A stretch of DNA of 63,612 nucleotides, filler included, from Choristocarpus tenellus KU-1152 (GCA_964200185.2; 15 parts of 15 records of this genome joined end to end with filler, not necessarily neighbours in it); one strand, 5' to 3'; counted from the first letter of the whole stretch, positions 38,677-53,540 are shown. Notes: a model not told the origin generated them from the sequence alone. A program made the numbers and translations.

Positions 38677-38832
38677 GGTCTATCTAGACCAGGGTGTCCA
38701 TTTGGGCCAAAATAAGGAAAAGTGTGTTTACATTGTCCATCCGACAGATGCAACCAAATCACCCAAAAATCGCATCGTGAAAAAATTGACCCCAAATGGA
38801 CAGCCGCCACCCCCCTTGAGATACTTTGAGCC
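38627..38832. mobile_element. MITE family B, complete, TSD AAT
   Basis: aat|GAACCAAAGTATCTGAGGGG...CCCCTTGAGATACTTTGAGCC|aat. Confidence 0.9.
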
Positions 38833-39280
38833 AATGCCTTTCGTACAGTGTCAGAAAAGCTCCAATTTCTAATTTAGTTGGGCAGTCTGCAGGATGACCC
38901 CCTCCCTATATCAAAACCTCTGTAGCGAAGCACTCTTACAATGCTCAGTTCTGTCCTTTTTTCAAACAAAGCTTGATATTGCCAACTGTCTCTAGCCTTC
39001 ATGTACAAACCTCCACGAAACAGAGGGGGTGCAAATCTGAAATGATGTGATCTTCTACACATCAGGGACTGTGTACATTTTATCAATTACTCCAAGAGTA
39101 CTTGCCATTTCAACCCTTCTTTTCCTTCACAACATATAAGCTCTACCTTTTGAGCAACATTTCAATATATGTGAAGTATATATCAACTTACTAAGTCTCA
39201 AGTGATCACACCAAATATAACTAACTTCGTACTTGTGTATGTGAGATTTTCTCAATTCATTTTTTTAAAGCACACTCACT

Positions 39281-39431
39281 GAGTGAAACTATCTTAGAGA
39301 GGGTACGATTTTTCCCCTGTATGTCCATTTGTGGGGCTTGGCTTCCCATGGGCTTTTTAATGACATTTTCCGACTCCAAAATGTTTCAGAGTAGGTAAAA
39401 TGTATACGTTATGAAAGGTGTGTCCGAACAT
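39281..39431. mobile_element. MITE family A left part (cut by contig end)
   Basis: GAGTGAAACTATCTTAGAGAGGGTA... Confidence 0.85.
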
Positions 39432-39531
39432 NNNNNNNNNNNNNNNNNNNNNNNNNNNNNNNNNNNNNNNNNNNNTTAATTAATTAANNNNNNNNNNNNN
39501 NNNNNNNNNNNNNNNNNNNNNNNNNNNNNNN

Positions 39532-39786
39532 TGGTTAGGGTAGATATATCGTGCAGTCTTGGACTGACAATGAAAAGCTCCATCCTCAATTTTTGAAATC
39601 GGCTGTTCAGTGTGTAATATTGTCCTTGCTCCTGTCTACACCAGCTTAAAAGCACAACATGCATAGAATATACGTTGGCGTTTTTCGTATGTACTAGTAG
39701 TGGTGCTGTTGGTGGCAAACGTAGACTGTTCGAGAATTGGTTAGGGTAGATATATCGTGCAGTCTTGGACTGACAATTAAAAGCTG
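39532..39786. repeat. Exact 40-bp direct repeat, 206-bp period
   Basis: TGGTTAGGGTAGATATATCGTGCAGTCTTGGACTGACAAT at 39532 and 39738. Confidence 0.85.
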
Positions 39787-42700
39787 AGCCATAATATCCT
39801 AGAGGGGGGATGCCGTTGAGTATAGCGATTCTGTGACTGTCTTCGGGCACATTTTGTGCCCCTAGCACTCCCTGGAGAGTGATTCCGCGCCACTTGGAAG
39901 TACAAAACGTTCATCTATCTCCTCTTCTACATCCACAACCCGTTGATGGGGTTAGTAGCTGCATTTCAGGCACAGGAATGGGGGTGTCAGGCAGAAGCTT
40001 TTCTAGCCACACACACTCTGGAGGGCCATATTAAACCCCCTTGAAGGATACTATTAACTCTTTAGCACCTACTACCCATGTCAACTATGGACACAGACTA
40101 TAATGATAATAACAGCACAAGAATGGCAGGCTACTGTTGTTGTTGTATAGACCCAAGCACGTCGCTGATCAACCCTATTCACCACTTCTTCCTCGTACTC
40201 TACACGAATACAACAACAGTAGTAGTAGCTGAAATAGTGAATAAATGTGACAGAATTCTCAGAGGATCATGCCAGGGAAATTTCTCATGGAATAGGAGGA
40301 TAACAAGCAGCCAGGAAATGGAACAAGCCTTCATTCTAGCTACTAGTTCGTGATCGCACGACTCATTACATGCTGCAGTAAGCCTAAAACATTTTGTGGG
40401 GTTGAACAGATTTAGGTTTAGGACATAAAAAAATGGTCAAATCACACACTATTAAACTACAACGAAGCAATAATAAAAGAATCATTTGCTGGATCAAAAG
40501 CCACAGATCCAACTCACCAGGGGCTGGTCACCTTCCTCTGGTCTTACACCCGTTGGGAGAACCCAGTGCATGTGCAATACCACAGTAAGGGAGGAGGACC
40601 ATGAACAACATGAGATACTCGTGAGGAGGAAGAGTAGTTGGTTGATCCTCACCATGTGCACTAGGGCCATTAATCTAGGAGTCATTGAAAACAGCACTTG
40701 CTATTGCTTTAGTTTGACACTTTTTATCCTGTACTATGATAAGACTCCACTAAAAGAGCTCCAACTGATGAATTAACACGGCGAGTGGGTTCAATATCAA
40801 TCCTAAATACACACGTTTCTGTACTACATTTTTTTAGTTTCTCCTCCTCCTTGGGCCAGCAACAGGTCAGTGACAACTGCAGCTCTTTACGGGAGCAAAC
40901 ACGCAAATACGTATATCTATTGCCTCCTCAGCCAAATACAAAAAATCTCATCTACAAACAGCCTGTACTCCCACAATTCTACTAGTGCTAAACAATATTG
41001 ATTTTGTTCCTCTCCTCTTTCCAGTCATTCACCACGTACACATCACAACAGGAAACCTTATAGCCCAGATCCTCAATACTATTTCTACTTAGAAACATTC
41101 TTCATTCTTCCCCCCCCCCCCACTTCCCTTTGTTGCCTCAGCTGGTAAGCAGGGGGCAAACAGAACATCCGGATGCTCTTCTACCTCCTAATTATCATGA
41201 ATAGAAAATAGACATGCCGCCTGGACTACTACTATTCACCTCACAACTGAATGCTACTCACCCTGGATAAAAATACCAAGGAGGCAGAGGTATCAATGGA
41301 ATCCAATACACTGTCAATATATGGAATGGATAAAGCACTAAGGGTTGCCTTCGCAACCCCTAACACATACCACATCCCCCTGTGCTCCCCCCTTTAGCCT
41401 CCGTTCAATCAGGGAAAAACCACTCGCCTTCACATACTCAACAAAACCGATCTGATGCTTGAATGGGCATCACTTCCCATCACCCAGCTGTCACATTGTG
41501 AAATGCTACAAAGGATATTGAGAATGACAAAACTGCCCAACATATGGCACCAAGCTGAGCGCTGACACCTACTGACGGCACTCAATTAGAACTGCAAAAC
41601 AGTGACCAATATGCTGCAGCACATAATGCAAAAGAAGTGACTCAAACTTCTCAACAGCAGCAATAGGAGTGCTCTGGAGCAGAGGAAAAAAGGGCCTGTG
41701 ACGTAACCACAGCGTAGCATTGCCCCCTTCACCCTGGGCTACAACCCACTACCCAGTAAGCAGAAATGCACAAACTGGTTGAAGGCCAGGACAGGTAAAT
41801 TGCATCACAGGAAGAACCTGTTCCTTTATTGCAGCGTACAATTCTTGAAGTTTTAAAAGAGAGCCAGCTATGGAAAAGCCTGATCCATCTTGCTGTACGC
41901 ACACACAGGAATTGCCCGCTGCTGTCGACTCAATGCTTGCAGCAAGCCCAGACCGACAAAAACAGGTTCCCTTCCAACCTACCTCCTGGCATCAACTAGA
42001 AAAAAAAAAAAATTGGGAAAAAAAGCAACACAGCATCTACAGAGACGGTGCACATCTTTCTGAGGCCATGTTGGTAAAATCTTCTGATAAAATCTTCCGT
42101 GATCATGCTCAGACAAAACAAAACATTGGGTTTATTATCAGCACAGTGCCCCTTGCCATTTAGTATCTTCACTGTTGCAATGAACCGACGACGGGCTGAC
42201 ATATTCGAAACTTGAGAAGATGCTGCCTGTAGAAGCTTCCAATCCCTGACCATGTTTGATGGAAGGCACAATTGACTACACACATGGACACACACACACA
42301 CACACAAGAAACAGAGCTGAGCTCTCTCCTCTTGTTTTGACCATCCTAGGTCAAAGTCCTTCCCCCAAGCCTCGTCCCACACCACACTACAGGTACTAAT
42401 CTACACCTCATATGGCAAGCCCGCCTCCTCCCCCCGTCCCCCTCCCCAGATTTCACCCTCTTGCCACATGAACAAGGGGTTAACTAGGAGATGAACAGTA
42501 CAGGAATTCCGCTCCCCTCATCCTTTTTAAAACAGTGCCCCCAAAGCTCTGGCACACCATTTTGTTCACAGGCTCGTCTTGCATACTCAAACAAGTTCTT
42601 CACACTAACAGTGAACTCAGCTGGTCTTGCCTTTTCAGGGATGGAATAGAGCAAGGTTGGCACGATAACTTCAAAGGATTACGTGCCATGATGGAAGGCT

Positions 42701-44186
42701 AAGAAGAGTCCCCCCCCCCCCATCTCCTCCCTGGCCTGTCCTCATTCTAGTCCACTTGTCCATGCCGGTGGACCCCTCACCCCCCCTCACCCCCCTCCCC
42801 ATCAGAAAATGTGTGCATGGGGCAACCACCTTTGATTGCCCCCCCCCCAGGCAATTCACTGGTTAAGCCTGCTGTAGTCCCTGTGAGAGTTGCAGACCCT
42901 ACCCCTGTCACTGCTCCCACCCCAACAGACACCCCCGCACCACGAACAGGCACTTCCCCTGCCCCCTTGANNNNNNNNNNNNNNNNNNNNNNNNNNNNNN
43001 NNNNNNNNNNNNNNTTAATTAATTAANNNNNNNNNNNNNNNNNNNNNNNNNNNNNNNNNNNNNNNNNNNNCCCCCTGCCTGTGATCAGTGTCTCTATTAT
43101 GAAGCAAGGTGTCCTTGAGCTTCTTTCCCCCCCTGCGTGTAGGTGTTGGCGGTGGGGGCTTGGGTTTAAGGGGACACCAATAAGATGATAAGATGAGATA
43201 TATGAAAGAATATTACTGCTGTAGTGCTACTGCTTGTAGTGATTCAGAGCAATTGAATCGGCCCGGTACAGCTCTGAGGCCATTTATTCACTGCTCTGAA
43301 TTTGTTTGTCCTGGATCTTGTGGTGAAGAGGTACGTGTGTTGTGCTGTTCCAGAAAGGATGTGAAGGAAGTATGTTTATGCAAGGATGATGATGTCCATC
43401 CTAGATGGAAGATTGTGCTTGCTGTAAGGTTTGTTTGCCTGAAGGCGTTGTCGGGTATGTAGCAAGTAGCGTCTCAACTAGTACATTCCCATGATTCATC
43501 CGCTTTGATGAGCCCCTTCTTTATTATTTTAAAACTCGTTTGTAATTGAGCCGTAGTACCATAGGTGGGGGTGGTGTTGAGTGCATGAGGACTCTGTGAC
43601 TGCCTTCTAGGGCATATCTCGTAGCGCTCTGGAGTGTGATCTTGTGTGGACAAATGTTTGTCTGATCTTCCACAGCCTCAGTCTCCCTACGGGAGTGGTT
43701 TGCATTTCAGGCATCAAAATGGCAGTGTGAGGCAGAAGATTTTATGAGCTCCTAAACGCTCAGATGGGCCTAAATTGACCCCCTAGGATATACTGGTGCT
43801 CATTTATTATTTTCCTCTGGAGACTGTCTCTATCCACAGCACCAGGAAGACCTATCCTTTCTACTTGATATGCGAGGCTCTGGGGTGGAATGTTTTTTGT
43901 ATGTGCATTGGGCGAGCTTATCTCAAAGAATGTGTGTAAAGCTCTCCAGATGTGTCTGTGTTGGCCTTATCTCATGGTGCTCTGTAGCCAGATATGGCTG
44001 TGCTTCACTAAATCATACTGCGCAACACACAAACACAGGTAGAGAAAGTCTTCTGAACGATATAGTTCTACCGTAGTCCAAGCTGGGTACATGACAGGTC
44101 TTGATGGACTTCTCATCCGTTCGTGCCTGCCCCACCCCCAAGTGCTGCCCCCACCGTTGTGTTTGTACCATCATGTAAGCATCATC

Positions 44187-44335
44187 ATGTATATATGTGT
44201 ATATATGTGTATATATATGTGTATATATGTGTATATATGTGTATATATGTGTATATATATGTGTATATATGTGTATATATGTGTATATATATGTGTATAT
44301 ATGTGTATATATGTGTATATATATGTGTATATATG
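44187..44335. repeat. (ATATATGTGT)n satellite
   Basis: 10/12-bp periodicity read directly. Confidence 0.95.
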
Positions 44336-46714
44336 CATGTACGATGCGATAGTGGGTTGAGAAGAATTGATTTCGCTTGAGATCAATTTGCTTTGAGGGG
44401 TTTTCTAAATATATATATATTTTGGTACGTAGACTTCTTCAAGTGTTGTGCAAGTTCTTGTTCTATTTTCCCTCTCGAAAGAAAAAGCTATTATTGCGAT
44501 CAACATATACAAGGGTAAGGGTTTTAGAAGAACAAGACCTCTTTGTCCATCCATCCGTCCGTCCGTCCGTCCGTCCATGCCGTTAACCCGCCTCTTGACT
44601 TCTTTTTTTTCTGCAGCTTGGTGGTCTCTCGTGCAGACAGTAGAGGAAGTATAAGCCGGGAAAGTACCCCACGAGAATCATCCTCTGAAGCTGAGCCGGA
44701 GACATTCAGAAGAGGGTCAGGCATACTGGAAAGAAAACTGGAGGGCTTTCAGTATCGATAGCCCGTGCTTTGTCCATATTGGCTTGTTGGGGCGAGGGAG
44801 AGGAAGCACTAGAAGACATGGTCTGGAGGAGGGAGGGGGGGGGGATGGGGGATGTTAAGGTTGGGGGTGTTGCCTGACTAGAGGAAGGTATGGGGGGATA
44901 GGAATTGGGGCAAGGGGTAGAGATTATCGGTGGTCAATTGACATGTGCTCCCTCCCTTCCCCACCCCTCCCCCCCCAGCGTTGCTATGACTGGCTTGGTT
45001 GGTGCTGGGTGTGTGATCATATTTGCAATTTGTTGGTAAGGATTAGGTACAAGTAAAGATGCCAACTAAGAAGTTGGGGGTGGGGCAGGTCCATCGAAAA
45101 CACGCCTCTGGAGATCCTTCTGCTGTTATGGCGAGCTGTGTTGGTTGTCCCTTGAGTTTTCGGCATTCGATTAGGGTGGTGGATCTTGTTCTATGACACT
45201 AGTGCCTTGGACTACAGGGCATTCCAGTCTAGGTGGAAGTATTGTTGTATCATAGCAAGTTAAATTTGGAGAGGGGATTGTGGCACTAGGAAGGGGTTAT
45301 GGTAGTAAAGCTCTGCGATCGCTGTTATTAATATTAATAGCATAATCATAATCACGGGGTTAGGGTTGGGGTTGTATTGTAGTGGAGATGGCACACCACG
45401 CTATTGAACAACCATGTTTGTTTCTTGAAGAACCACTGAGCCTTGAGCTCATGGAGGGGGTGACAAAGAATGCGGCGAAATGTGTGCAACAGTGGCAGGG
45501 GGACCACAGCTGGGTCTGCCCTGCCTGTCTGGGTGTTTTTTGTCCTCAATATGTGCTGGCAAGGCTAAATAGATGTAGGAATGGGACATGTCAGGATTAG
45601 TTGTTGGCGCACTGGTGTAGTATGGGGGTAGCTGTGCTGTGAATTTTTGGACAGTTATTTGTATTGTTTGCACGGTGGGTGTGTGGAGGCTGCTTGTCTC
45701 CTTCCCTGCTTTATGTCTTTATCCCTGATTCGTTGGGACGAGGTTGATTGAGAATCAACTGCATGGCAGAGACTTGACTTGAGGAGAGTTTGAAGGTGTT
45801 GATAATATTGCAGGAAGTGTGCTTCTATGATCTGAGTGCGGCATGGTTGGGCATGCGAAATGGGTTCCAGCCTACGTGCTGAACTTCAACTCTGGTGCCA
45901 TGATCTAGGCTTTCACGATGTGTGTTAACATCTTTATGTGGCACTGTTGAGACGATATGCCTGTTGGGTAGTTTGGACAGATCTGAGTTTTGTTGTTTAC
46001 AGTTATTTTCATGTTGCTAGTACTAGTAGTGTGCATCTTGTTATGTATGTTTGTGAGTATTATCCTCTTTGACTCTTCATGCATATTTTGTGTAGTATTG
46101 TCCTTGCCACACCTTTTGAGTGTGTGTTTGCATCATGTGTGTGTTTGTGTTGTTGTCATCTATTGTTGTCTGAGCGTGGGGCATGCATGTGTATGTTGTG
46201 TTGACATACCATGTAATCCCTTTTCTTATACTTGAACGTATAAATAGTTGTTTCTGTGTGGTCCAGAAAATACATCTGGCGGATGTGTTGATAGTGTACG
46301 TGAATGGTCTCCTTCGTAGGCACTGCCCCTCCTCCTGTTCTTGACTTTTTCTTCCAAAGCCTGCATTTTGTTATGGTCACTACTGACGTACATGCGATTT
46401 GCATTAGGGGGGTGGGTATGGAGTGTGGTGTGTCACAACCGTGTTACTTTCGGCTGTCCGGGCCTTATCCTCGTCTTATTTTTCCTCTGTTCCATCCTTG
46501 ATGTGTGCTGATTTGGTCTGGTCGTGCACTTCTGAGCAGCCCGATTTCTGTTAGTTGTATGTATTCTTCACTGGCTAACACTGCTGACAGCTGTAGTGAT
46601 TGAAAGTAGGGTGTAGTAGTAGTATTATCTGTGTGGCTGGATGTCAATATAGTATTGCTATGTGATGACATCAAAAATGTGATTTGTAGAAGTATAATTA
46701 ATTAAACTATTATT

Positions 46715-46890
46715 GACTCAAAATATCTAGGAGGGGGTGGCAGCTGTCCATTTGGGGTCAATTTTTTTATGTTGTAATTTTTGAGTTATTTGGTTGCATA
46801 TGTCGGATGGATAATGTAAGTGCACTTTTCGTGGTTATGATCCAAATGGACACCCTGGTGTAGACCCGCTCCCCCCCCCCCCCCCCCCGC
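46715..46890. mobile_element. MITE family B copy (right end lost in poly-C)
   Basis: GACTCAAAATATCTAGGAGGGG...CACCCTGGTGTAGACC. Confidence 0.85.
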
Positions 46891-49134
46891 CACCCTTCTC
46901 CGTTTTGTTTGTTTTCTTTATTTTTTGAATGTTGTTTTTTTTTNNNNNNNNNNNNNNNNNNNNNNNNNNNNNNNNNNNNNNNNNNNNTTAATTAATTAAN
47001 NNNNNNNNNNNNNNNNNNNNNNNNNNNNNNNNNNNNNNNNNNNGTAAAATGAAATAACAAGGCGACTAGGCTTGCTGACGGGGGAGGTAGTAAAAATGGA
47101 CAAAAACCCCCTAACAACTCACAGAACATTTAGCTCTCGTTGAAATATTTCATCCACAAATGGGACAAGTTCCCTCACTAACAATTGAGCTGTACCTCGA
47201 AAGAGGTACATATACACACTAAGGGTACACGCACTCTCCGATTGTTTTTCTTTTTTCTTTTTTTTAATGTTTACCAATACTTTTTTTAAAAGGTACACCT
47301 CTTTTACATTTACCAATATTAAAAAAAAAAGGTACATCAATGTGTAGGAACATTACATACATACATACATACATACGTACGTACAAACACACACACACAC
47401 ACACGCCTCACTTTCTTATTTTTCTTCTTTACTTGCCATGGTCCACATCGTCCAATAGATCAAGTGCCAATGTAAACCGCATACTCTCCAGTGTTTTGGG
47501 GAAAAAAAATAGCAAAAGATACAGGTTTCTCATATGATAAAAATCCCAAACGCGTGCACAAAATGAGAACCGTATATATAATATATATAATATGTCTGTT
47601 ATGTTTTTTTTTCCAATATGTTACTTCGCTACAGAAGGGGAGTGAGATAACTGTTAACAACTAGCGGTTTGTGCGTACGTAATTCACAGAAAATAAAAAA
47701 AGGGATGTCGGTATTAGCACTGCATAGATAGTAGTAGCATACCAACATGAAAGGTGGACTACTACTTCGAAGTATGATGCATGGAGACCTGAGAGGTGGT
47801 ACAATAATTACGGTTTGTGCGTGTGTCTACACTTGAAAAAAAGAGAGAAGAGAGACACCAGTTATAGCATATACTCCCGAAGAGGTACATGTCCGATTTA
47901 AAAAAACAAACGGATTTTTGCGTTCAGATTCGTCAGAAACGTTACATAAGGTGAGTTGTATTTGAAGAAATATATATATATATATATATCCCTAAATTGA
48001 TCTGAAAATATGGAACAAAAAAAGACCGGCATGAGACGCATGTCATAGAAGTATATAAATAGTAGTGCACCAACGCACGATATGGACTGAGGTACACACA
48101 CGCACGTGGCGGTAAAAAACAAATGTAAATATGAATATAAATATAAATATATATATTGCATTGTGTGACCTCATTTACCTTTGAAATTAAAAAAAGCACT
48201 GCGTACCGCTGCTAGGGTTTTAGGGTTACAGGCCAAACACTCTCTGCAACAGTAGTGAACTGTTGGTCACATTCACCCCAAAAACACTCTCTGCAACAGT
48301 AGTGAGCTGTTTGTCACATTCACCCCAAAAACACTCGACGCTGTCTGCAACCGGCCTGGAACTATCAGGACTTTCACAGAACAGCATTTCCTCCATCGTG
48401 CATGTCCCACACACACTTCCCCTTCGAAGGCGGGGAACCTTATAGAGCAGCAGTGCTAACAGACCGGGGCCATGCGGCTCCCCATCTTCAGTGGGAAAGG
48501 GCGGGAAATCTACAATGGGGACAAGTGTGCCAGCCCTAGTCTGGGGGAATGCCGTTGTTTCCCTTGTCCTTACAGCTGCAGGCATATAGCAGACGATCTC
48601 TAATGTTTTGGGTGAATACTTCAACAGCGTACTGAGATTATTTGCAGATGCCATTGTTCCACCAACATTCTCTGGATGAGGTGTTGATATTGCCTGAAGA
48701 GTGCACCCTGAAGTTCCGCTAGCAGAATCCAGTGAGGCTTTGAGAGTCCGTAGGAGGAGGGTCAGTGTGGATGTTGATGGTGAGCGCCATGTAGGCTAAC
48801 GTGGAAAGGTTCTTCTGTCCATCACCCATGCCGTCTCACATTTTTCCCAAAGGAAAGTATTGCACTTTTCCTTAAAGCTGAATCATGTGAGAAGGAAAAA
48901 CAACTAGGTTGTGATTGGTTGATAGTGGTAGACCACCACCAACCAATCAAACACATGGAACAGGTACGTTCTATATATATATATGACGTGGAATAACAAT
49001 TTCCTTTATTAGAATAGTTCATTCTTTTGTAACAGTTTATTGATAGGTAATTTCTCAGTTCACATGAACGAAGAATATAATCTTGCAGTTTGGGATAGGG
49101 TCAGAGCGGTTGGCATAGGGGAAAATAATAACTT

Positions 49135-50159
49135 ACCTTAAGGCGTAGAGAGCGCTTGCATAGGCCCGGTTGGCGGCAAGCTTCTTGGTCGCATAGTTGA
49201 TGGCACGGTGATTATTGGCCTGACTTCGCCTGATCAACTCCACAAAGCACTTCCAATAAAGGCTGCCCTCCCCCGTCGCCATTTCAACCAGTTGTGAACG
49301 TAAGCCAGCAAGGGTGCATGCCACACAGGAAGGCACAACAAGGTGCGGATGCGAAGTGTTAAAGCAGAGCAAATCAAGGTCAGCAGATGGAGATGGCGAT
49401 GGATCGATGGTTGGGACGGAGACAAAAGGACGAGTGGAGAATTGAGGTGTGTGGGTGAGGGGAGCTGTAATCAGTGACATTTGCTTGCCGTGCATTCAAG
49501 GCAGTCTGAGGGCGATCACTTCCCTTCGATGTATTGTTTTATCAAAATATGTCAGGGCCAATGTCCTGCATTTGTTGATATTTTCCTCCTCCAACGGAGG
49601 ATAACTTTGGTTATGATCGTGCCTTCAAAGGAAGTGCAGGTAGGGGCTTCGCTTGAGTGCTTGCCTGCTTCCGTCGAAGTGTTGCCCGTAGTGATTATTC
49701 CTTTGCAGTTCGAAGAATCGCGTCTCTTCCAGGGCTTTCCAAGCGTGCAAAGGAGATATCGCGGAGAACAGAGCAATCGGATTTTCTTTAGAGGGAGATG
49801 GTGAAGGAGTAGAGGAAGGATTGCGACAAGGGACAGGTATCACAGCTCTAAAATCAGCAACGAAGATTGTGAATTACCAATCCCCGATACCTTTTCGCTT
49901 CTCTGTCGAAGCATCAGCGAAGCTAGGGCCTGTCGACATTCTCCGCCCACTCGTGGTTGTCCCAGTTGAGGTTGTGGAGGGCAGAGACTCTACGGTTACA
50001 CTCTCCGCAGGCGCCGGCTGCGGTTTGGACTGGAGAGGGGGAGGGGGGGAGACCTCTGGAGTTGGGTGCTCCGCATTGGCACCCTCTTCCTTATGGAGCT
50101 TAGGCTCTTCAAAGGGGTTGATGTCGACGGGGGCTGGTGCACGAGACGGAGTTGGGGGG
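49135..50159 (-). pseudogene. Disrupted coding-like region ending in a possible F-BAR/FCH-like helix
   Basis: A Pro/Ser-rich frame with stops leads to GEGSLYWKCFVELIRRSQANNHRAINYATKKLAANRAYASALYALR followed by a GTAAGT donor. The family call is weak. Confidence 0.35.
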
Positions 50160-50540
50160 NNNNNNNNNNNNNNNNNNNNNNNNNNNNNNNNNNNNNNNNN
50201 NNNTTAATTAATTAANNNNNNNNNNNNNNNNNNNNNNNNNNNNNNNNNNNNNNNNNNNNACATATGTATATAGTTTTCATTGGTTTCCCCCTGACACATC
50301 TGCAAAATGTCAGAGGGCATAATAATAATATATAGAGAGATCTAGAATCTGAAACCAATCTTACCACTTCATCCCTAGAGATAAGGACGAATCGCAAAAG
50401 ATGAAAAAAAACGGCTCAGAATGCAAAATGACCAAAATCTGTTCGCTTCTCGTTTGCTTCGCCTCTCATACACAGATTGATCCCCAATACAAAATAATCT
50501 TGTATCAAAGTTATATCAACTTCTTAAATTTGACACATAT

Positions 50541-51284
50541 TGTGTGAAACAGATGGAAATGGCCAGACAAGTTCTTTACACTGAAGGGGAGCTGGAACAC
50601 CCACAGGAGGAAGGGAATGTAGAGATACAAGGGAGGAGGGTGAGTGATCCCTCAGAAGATCACTCAGGGAGGAGTGAACAGGCAAAAGTGACTGAGGGGG
50701 GTTTGGAAGGTCCACTTAAACCACCGGATGTTTTCTTCAACAAGTAAATGCAGATGTCATATGAAGCAACAGACCTTGACATACACCTTCTCAAGGAAGG
50801 TCACATTAAAGGTATACCTTAGTCGGAAGAAGGCTATCAAATCACCCCCTCCCCTTCTATGTGGCCTGATACGTGTATGAAGACAACATCGAAGTCAATG
50901 GGAAATGGAAGAAGTGTGTTCGTAGAAAGAAGCTGAAATGAGCATGAAAAAAGAAATAGTCTCTCAGCAAGGGAACGCTATGAGGTATGTGTTTCTGTGT
51001 ACACAACAATATCTACATGTTTATAAGATGCAGAATAAAAACATTCTTGCGTGAGGGCACCTCACAACTTAGCACTAGCATGTAAGATAGATAGACTTGG
51101 TGATAACCAAATCTGTGCCACTTCACACCGATTAGGGGTGAGATAATTAAACATATGTCTGAGCACATGGAAAAATCACGACTTCGATGTATCAGATATG
51201 ACCACGTCTGGTCAAGTCTTCAATGTGAAAGGGCGTGGGCAAGTACTACCTAGTCTTAGCTGGAAAATTCTGTTCAACTCCATC
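50541..51284 (+). repeat. Dispersed repeat D, uninterrupted copy
   Basis: Aligns with 31753-32241 and with the reverse complement of 9850-10678. Confidence 0.8.
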
Positions 51285-52719
51285 AAGGAGATACAGAACC
51301 AAAAGCACGGAACATCTTCTCCAATGAGGAGGAGGAAAAAACATGGGAGATGCCCATAGGGAGCGCAGAAATCGTGATCAAATTACAGCTGTTTTGTTGC
51401 AGCACCAAGCATTGTATAGTTGCGTATATGGAATTCAACAGGATAACATACGAATGTTCTAGTCTTAGCTGGGCTACAGACTTGTTGGAAACACTAAATG
51501 ATTGAATCTTCTTGAAAGGAAAGAAAGAAAACAAATAATATATATGTGTGTATATCAAGACCTGAACAGAGAAATGTATCCAATAACTATAGTAAAAGGG
51601 ATGCAATTTGGTTTTCTGCTATCAAAGTAACATGCATCCCGACCGAAAGGGTAGTGAGGATCTGATAATGTGAAAAAGTGAATTAATATTATACATACAT
51701 TGTACGTAAGAAATTGCGGAAAAGAAGGACAATTTTAGACCGTAAACAACACAGGGAAGGAGTTGACCATAAACCGTCACTGAAATAACTGTTCAACTCA
51801 AAACGGTTGTCCTCTTCTAAGAAAAGTATGTAGAAAATTAATAAAAAATAAAATAAAATGGAAAAGAAAGAAGTGTTTTGAGAATAAGATTCAAAGTAAT
51901 ATTTTATGTACGGACAGACGATGATGCTGGACATTAAGGATATTTAGGCGGGGTATTTAACAGAAGCAATTGGCGGGATGTTAGAGTCGGAGTGTTTCTG
52001 ACGTATACTAGCGAACTGTTGAGTTGTCTGCTATTCGGTATCATTTACTGTAAGGTTTGGTGAGCCCCATCTAGTGATGATGCCCCATTCTCTTCTCAAC
52101 TGTGATACAAGCTAATAAACAATTATATAACTGATTGCGTGGGACAAAAGATCGTCAAGGACAGCTTAACATGCTATAGCATGTTAATTTTATAAGCTTG
52201 CTTGCATAGTTAATAGATTTGGATTAGAGGTATCACCGGGATCAAGATCTTATTCAAGTCTGAACTCAATTGATGACGGAGTTGAAGAACCGTCAATGAC
52301 CCATTGGGGGGGTGAGATTCAAGATGGGACATCAGCTGCGCAAGGGGGCGTGGTCGGGGTTGGGGCTAGAGATACGGTGGCCATGGGGTACTAGACCTCT
52401 ATTTGTACCTAAGTTAAACCAATACTCCTCTAAACAACCTGCGTTCAAGGGGGAACCAGGAACGTGAAGGAAGTGCAACAAAAATGTTCTTACACAAGCT
52501 CTCTCATCAGGATGGATGGAGCCACTGGTAACGAAGGAACACCTGAGGGTACTGTTATTGGGCTCTTCCTAACCAGGTGTGGACCCATATCTTCACCATG
52601 CGACGAGGGAAGCAATTAATGGACTTTTGAAGGCGACAGTTGGACCTTCTTTGGACATTGTTATGCAGGGATGGGGGAGAATAAGGGGCCAGTGGCCGAG
52701 GACAAACTAGAGGATAGCT

Positions 52720-53540
52720 TAACAAACCCATCCAAATGATGAGGCTGTAGCTATTGTCCTTGAGGCAAGGTAGGACGTATATGAGAATTTTTTGTCATTG
52801 GCAAAGTTGACACTTCTCACACCAATCTCTGGTATCTTTCTGAAACATGGGCCACCAGTGTCGGTATCATACCTTATCCAGTGTGTGGGAAAAGACCTAA
52901 GTGACCTCTGAAGCAAGGCGATCATGACAGGCATGCAAGAGAAGGGATTTGTCATTCTTTTTATAAACCACTAACCCTAACCCTAACCCCCCAAAAACAC
53001 AGTATTTGAGTGCATGTGACCTGGGAAGTATGATCAGCAGAGGAAGCTAAATTCAGCATCAACATATAAATTAGATACTCTACATGTCAGCTCTTGTGGA
53101 GGTGAACATGCTGAGTTGGGGGCATCAAAATTCGGAAAATAAAGAGGGAATATATTTTCTTGGGTTGAACGGATTACGATGTGGTCCGAACTTGGGAAGA
53201 TACTCACACTGAACTACTCAAAGTTCACTTACACTCTGTGCGACACCCAGCTCATGAAGGCAATCTGGATATATTTCATATGCTTGATTGACATGGAGGT
53301 TAAGAATTTGATTATGTATTTTCCGGAATATGCCTACAAATAGGGGGAAGTACTTTTGGCATTCGATTAATCTCACTCACATAGGTGAGAAAGAGCATCA
53401 GGTCAAACATTGTCTCTACCTGGTTTGTGACAAACGGTAACGTGGAAGCATTGGAAAGCAAGAGCCCAACGTGTCAGCGTATTTTCTGTATCCGAAATAG
53501 GATCTTTTCTGAAATAGGCTTGTCAAGATTATGCTTGACC
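52720..53540 (-). pseudogene. Ty3/gypsy RNase H to integrase remnant
   Basis: WALAFQCFHVTVCHKPGRDNV*PDALSHL, then HWWPMFQKDTRDWCEKCQLCQ (HHCC zinc finger). RNase H precedes integrase, the gypsy order. Confidence 0.85.

Noticed and set aside
39532-39786. 40-bp direct repeat as a CRISPR array or LTR pair
   Set aside because: Two copies with a 166-bp spacer at a contig edge and no TG..CA ends; most likely a tandem unit or an assembly effect.
44091-44386. ORFs with YICVYM/IYTH repeats
   Set aside because: These are translations of a microsatellite.
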